Origin: Octopus sinensis
Taxonomy: Eukaryota
Direction: 5' to 3'
Assembly (NCBI RefSeq): GCF_006345805.1
Contig: NC_043011.1
Location: 43,598,464-43,662,463, forward strand
DNA length: 64,000 bases
Made by a program: the position numbers and the translations under genes. Shown here one piece after another: positions 58,036 through 64,000 of the stretch. The notes under the pieces are model-generated. The model had not been told where the DNA came from. It was given only the letters and a program-made list of their open reading frames with translations, and ran no database searches. Numbering within the stretch: position 1 is the stretch's first letter; each line of letters starts with the position of its first letter.

Positions 58036-59239
58036 ATATGTATGTATGTACGTATGTGTGTGTCTGTGTTTGTTCCCCCCACCCCACCACTAGTTTGTTT
58101 GCGTCCCCGTAACTTAGCGGTTCGGCAAAAGAGACTGATAGAATAAGTACTAGGCTTACAAAGAATAAGTCCTGGGGTCGATTTGCTCGACTAAAGGTGG
58201 TGCTCCGGCATGGCCGCAGCCAAATGACTGAAACAAGTAAAAGAGAAAGAGTGTATATGTATATATGTTAGCCTGCTCGCCTACCCAGCTAGGTGGTGTC
58301 ATTTGAATGCTAAAACAATGCGAAGGCGCATTGTGACCAGTGATATGAGACATCTGATAGCCTGGTCAGTCACATGATATATATATTATATATATATACA
58401 AATACACATACGTGTATTGGGTTTTAGTTATTTTGTCTATCAAATTTGCTGTATTGCTGTATGTATGTGTGTGTATGTATGTATGTATGAGTGTGTATAT
58501 AAAATATTCTGAAATTGGAAGGTTTAATCTGATATGTCATGGTATTAGGGTCCTTGATATGGATCCCGAAACTCAGTTGTGTTACCGGAGAAGGGGTGGG
58601 GTCTGACAATCCCTTTCTCTGACAATTTTGTATATATCTTTATAAATCTTTTGTCTTTTACAAGACTACATGTGTGCCAAGATTAGAACTGGGGACTCCT
58701 TACCCAATTATTTAGGGTTTCAAAGCAGTTTTTGTGGTTTGTCCCCTAATAGCTTTGGGGGACTTGTTTCCAGATGTTGGTCAGCTGCCCTTGATTGCGA
58801 TCCCTGTATCAGTAATTTTAGAAGACACAGTAGGGTACGTAGTGCCATCAAGTGTCCCACCTAGGCACATTAGGCTTAGCCATACCAGCTGGTCTAGACC
58901 TCCAGCGATAGACCTAACTTTGCACAATGAGAATTGACCTTCATGCTGGATGTTAATGAAGGTTTCATCAGATTAACGAAGATTCTGTTTAGGGTAGCTG
59001 TGTTTTACTCTGACCCCTTTTGCATTTAAACCAGTCATATTTGACCTAAATATTCAACCTTTTCTATGTTCATACCAGCTAGATCCAGCCTCTCACACCT
59101 ATCCTACAATGTCATTCTAAAAATAAACAATTACACCGTTGAAGCTGCTAGGTAAAATATGATTAATTTAATAGATTACAGGTAAATAAGCATTTCGTTA
59201 TATTTGATAAAGTAATTGAATGCTAAAGAGTTACAGGGC

Positions 59240-59425
59240 TTATCTATAGCTAATTAAGGGACAGGTAGCAGAGGAGATTGGGAGGGTTGATTTGAGGAGG
59301 GAGGACGCCCAAAACTGGGAGAGATGTTGCGAGAGCGGTTTCTGTAAGAGTGAGGTAGATCCAGCCACCCTCATTAACAGGGATAAACTCGGATTTAAAA
59401 TATTGGAATTCATCATCATCATCAA
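59240..59425 (+). mobile_element. 3' end of a second RTE-like LINE with a (CAT)n tail
   Basis: A DL-RREDAQN-ERC...DPATL..RD-like C-terminal motif is followed by (CAT)n. Confidence 0.5.
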
Positions 59426-59914
59426 CATTTTATGTAAATCTCTGACTCATGGCCCTAATCCTATCCACCCTATATCCTACCCATCCATTGTCCTACACCT
59501 TCATTTCTACCTTTGGAATATTAACATGTGTACAACAGATCCTCACTTAACCCTTTCAATACCATTTCACCCAAGACTACTGAGTCTATGATACAAACAG
59601 CCTGTTTTAGAGTGTTCTAGACTAAAAACCTCCCATCAAAAATTTTGTGTCAAACACCATTTTGATAACAACAAAGTTATTTTACTAAATTAATTATTTT
59701 CAAAATTAAATGAAATTAATTTAAGCAAAGGCAGTGCATTTCAACAGAAACAGGCATAGAAGTGGCTCTGAGGTAAGTAGCTTGCTTACCAACCACATGG
59801 TTCTGGGTTCAGTCCCACTGTGTGGCACCTTGGGCAAGTGTCTTCTACTATAGCCTCGGGCTGACCAAAGCCTTGTGAGTGGATTTGGTAGACGGGAACT
59901 GAAAGAAGCCCATC

Positions 59915-59976
<62 letters not shown>

Positions 59977-62802
59977 TTGTGTTTGTCCCCCCCAACATCG
60001 CTTGACAACCGATGCTAGTGTATTTACGTCCCCATAACTTAGCATTTCAGCAAAAGAGACCGATAGAATAAGTACTAGGTTTCCAAAGAATAAGTTCTGG
60101 GGTTGATTTGCTCGGCTAAAGGTGGTGTTCCAGCATGGCCACAGTCAAATGACTGAAACAAGTAAAAGAGTAAAGAGAGAAATATGGTAACAAATGGGTT
60201 AAAGTGATCTAAATTAAAATCTTACATCGAAATTTAATGCCAAATTATGTTCCAAATAGCAGCTTAACCCTTTCGTTACCAACTCGGCTGAAACCGACTC
60301 TGGCTCTGTAGTACAAATGCCTTGTTTTCATAAGTTCTGAATTAAAATCTTCCACCAAACCTTAGTCACAATTTTATGTTCCTAATGCTAGCTTAATGAT
60401 AACTATGTTATTTTACTAATTTCTTTGTTATATTTAAAGTAATTGAAAGAAACACAGAACATCTCAAAATAAATACAGTCATGAAAGGGCTAAGGACAAT
60501 GTTATGTTACTAAATTTTTTATTATTTTCAAAATTAATATAAGCAAATTTAAACAATTTCAACAAAAAGCTTAATGTTGACATATTCTTGCGAAGTGTGA
60601 CCTTGTGAAACAAGATAAAATGAAACCAAAACCAATTCTTGCACAGTCTTTATGGTATAAACAAGAGTTAGGTTCTTACAGTATATTCCTAACCAGAAAA
60701 AATATCATCAAACTTCTAAACTAAGTCCAAACACTTCCAAAAACGAGATGCTCTGAATACATTTTAGGAGAACTAATCAAATCCAATATAATTAATTAAC
60801 TTTAATCATTCACCTGTCCTATGTATTACATGTGGTACATAGGACATATTTTCCTGGTATTCATGTATCATATGTGACACACATTCCCAATATTTTTCAA
60901 TCACTAGAGAAATTTGGGGCTTACAAAAGGAAAGCTTCAAATTACTCAGAACATATGAAAGAAGGGTTAACTAAAAGCATGAACATTTAGAACTACCTTG
61001 TGAAAATGCTTTTGGCAAGTGAAGGGTTAATTCTTTGTTTGTTGTATTTCTAGCACTGGCATCCGTGCTAGTGGAGCGCTAAGAGTACCATCCATGTGTG
61101 ATCGCTGCCAGAGTGACAAACTGGCTTCCGTGCTGGTGGCATGTAAAAAACATCAAGCATGATCATTACCTGCGTCGCCTTACTGGCACTTGTGCTGGAG
61201 GCACGTGAAAAAACATTCAAGCAAGGTCGTTGCCAGTGCCACTGGACTGGCTCCTGTGCAAATGGCACATAAAAAGCACCATTTGAGCATGGCTGTTGCC
61301 AGTACCGCCTGACTGGCCCTCGTGCCGGTGTCATGTAAAAGCACCCACTACACTTTCGGAGTGGTTGGTGTTAGGAAAGGCATCCAGCTGTAGAAACTCC
61401 GCCAGATCAGATTGGAGCCTGGTGCAGCCATCTGGTTTACCAGACCTCAGTCAAATCGTTCAACCCATGCTAGCATGGAAAGCGGATGTTAAACAATGAT
61501 GATGATGATGTCCCTGTAACATTTTCTTTTTAATTGCCCTTGTGGAAAGTAATAAACTATTATAATATTATTAATGTTGTTTAATCCTTTGCTTGTCTTG
61601 TGCACCACATGCAATATACAGGGCTGCATATTTCCCTGGAATCCATGCATCATATATAATATACATTCCTGATTTTTTTTCAATCACTAGAGTAACTTTG
61701 GATTTGTGAAAGGAAAGCTTTATCTTACACAGGACTTAAGAAACAAGGGCTAACTAAAAGAGTGAAAACAAGCATGGATGTTTAGGACAAACTTTATAGA
61801 AATGCTTTAGTACAGACAGAGGGTAAAAGACATGCCCAAGGTTTGTTGTGATGGTTCAGTTTTTCTTCTGTTTGTATAATTCCTTGTCGTGGTGGTATCC
61901 GTTCATTATTTATCCAATGGCTTCTAGAAATTTCCTCTTTTATGAACATCTTCTCATCTTTCCCCCTTTTCCATGAAAGAAAAAAAAAAAGCTCAAAAAA
62001 ACATAACTTCATCTAAAATCTAAAAAGCTTCAAACAAATCTTTCACCATCATCATCATTGTTTTAACCCAATGCTCATCCATCTCCATAAAATCATCGTT
62101 AAATATTCCTTCATCACGTGATTCACATAACTTCACTGTATCTTAATTAATTTCATTAAATCCAGTGTATGGTGCCATCTCAATAATCTCCTGATAACTC
62201 CAGTAGTTCCTCAAGCCTCACAAGTCTGCAATGCAGTTTTGGTCAGATTTTACTCCAGATTAAGATGCATTGTTCTTTGTTTTATGGTGTTACGTGATAT
62301 ATGGCAGTGTTGCTATGACAACACTGCTGTTAGCATGTATCCCACACTGCAATAATTTGTTCCTCTTTATTATAGTTTTCTTTTAAACAATGTCTAAATC
62401 TCCGACTGAAATGTACATTGCTTATGAAAATAAAAATAAAAACAAAACAAAAACATCCTGCTGTGAGCGCATCAAAGAAAGTAGAGTTAGATCTAGATTC
62501 ATAATGATCGAATTGATTCTGTTTTAGAAATATATTAGTCTGGTCATCATCATCGTCATCATTTTACTTCTGATTTTTCCATGCTGGCACGGGTTGGATG
62601 GATCAATATTGCTCTCTTAGAGAATTCAGGAATGTCTTGTTCGTATGTTCCATTTTTAGCATGGCCTCTATGTGTGAATGTTTTTTTCTACCATCAACCA
62701 CTTTTACAGAGTGTACAGGGGAGTCATTTTATCATGGCACCAGCACCTGTGAGGTTGTCTTGTTCCTGGAAGGACAAACAGTTCTCTTTACCCTTCAATA
62801 TC

Positions 62803-63151
62803 TTTGTTCAAGGCAACATGACATAGATGCTGAACAGAAGAGAGAGAGAGCAAGGTACGGGAAAGAGATTGGTAGCAATGAGAGGATGATAGAGGAGGAA
62901 GTCATGGGAGAGAGACAGTGAAAGCTACATGAGGATTATCAGATTAATGAGGTGAATAGAAAAATTGCATAAGAACCATGATTGAACAATCAACATGTAG
63001 TTACCTGTTACTGTCTCTCTTCCATTACTCTCTTCTCTATCATCCTCTCATTCCTATCACTCTCTCTTCCAGTTTACCCTCTCTTCTATCACCCTCTTGC
63101 TCTAGTCCTTTCTTTATTATTAACGCTCTCTGTCATGTTGCCTTGAACAAA
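62803..63151. repeat. Imperfect foldback inverted repeat (~135-bp arms)
   Basis: TTTGTTCAAGGCAACATGACA...GCTACATG pairs with CATGTAG...TGTCATGTTGCCTTGAACAAA. Confidence 0.75.
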
Positions 63152-64000
63152 TGATGATCTTAAGAAGTGATGGAGGGAAGAGAGAAAGTAATGGAAGAAA
63201 ATGCTGGCTTACAATAAAAGTGGAGGATGGTGAGAGAGAGAGAGAGTGATGAATGTTGATGATAACTGATGGGAGAGTAATGAGTGAAAGAAGGATGGTT
63301 AGCATTAAAGAAAGGATGGTGAGAGCATGCTCAGACAGGATGCTGAGTGCACTTTTGGCCCTTCACTCAGAGAGAGAGAAGCCCTTTGTTGCTAACAGAT
63401 GTAATGGATCACTAACCTTTTCCCCATTCTCTTCTTACTCTCGTGACTATATTTTTGGAATACCCAAAAATAGTTTGAGGTAGCCTTCAAAGTATTGGAG
63501 GGGACCCATTTCACACGTACTGCTAGCTGCTCCCATACATTTCTCATCATTCAAAGTCTATATTCCCCAATAGCCTACCTAAAATCCATGATATCTCTTG
63601 CATTTTTATAGTTTACATTAAGTGCACTATATAAAAATTCTACTTCCTCTTATTCTCTATATTCTTCATGACCATTTTTTTCTCATGAGAGTAGGGTTCT
63701 GTCTTCTTTCCTCCTAAAACTTTACCAAGTTAACTCTCGATTCTATGTTTTACTTCTTTATCTGGAATTTTTTCTTCACATCTTCTATGTATTCAATTAC
63801 ATGAACTAGATCATTGCCATATGGGAGTTCCCATTAGTCAGCCTGTCTTAAATTTCTTTCTTGAGGCCAGAAGAGTTAAATTATACTCAAGCAGAGTATG
63901 ATAACCGAACCTGATAAATCCTTGCCTAAACATTAAATTCCTTATTGAACTCTCACTTTGCTGACAGCGTTTCTAAACATAGGCGCAGGAGTGGCTGTGT

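Noticed and set aside
58560-58960. Coding-like stretch with short ORFs on both strands (also 63200-63500)
   Set aside because: It has multiple stops and no motif I can identify confidently; probably old retroelement debris.

Overview
AT-rich animal genomic DNA, most likely an octopus. This is inferred from the tRNA-derived SINE families, RTE LINEs with (GAT)n tails and dense microsatellites, and was not confirmed by a search. (1) 1-16.2 kb: a tRNA-Lys(CTT) cluster with five copies. Two lie on + with a canonical G1:C72 pair (the one at 1-26 is truncated by the window edge). Three lie on - with an unusual A1:U72 pair, inside three tandem ~3.4-5.1 kb duplication units, each carrying its own RTE, SINE or MITE insertions. 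(2) 20.2-45.3 kb: a complete 10-exon NOP56 gene on +. The spliced CDS is 2034 nt (677 aa), exon 1 contributes only the ATG, and the protein ends in a long modular K/E tail. The introns hold unannotated guide RNAs. One is a six-copy H/ACA snoRNA whose two pockets match 28S U4972- and 18S U1347-equivalent sites; four of these copies sit in a 1.6-kb tandem array in intron 3. The other is a C/D snoRNA in intron 9 with an 11-nt antisense element to U6 snRNA. (3) 53.2-55.7 kb: an intronless two-pore channel 2 (TPCN2-type) gene. The rest is SINEs, RTE/Penelope/REL retroelement relics, Merlin-, hAT-, piggyBac- and mariner-like MITEs, and microsatellites. All rRNA, U6 and human-protein comparisons use sequences recalled from memory and need verification.
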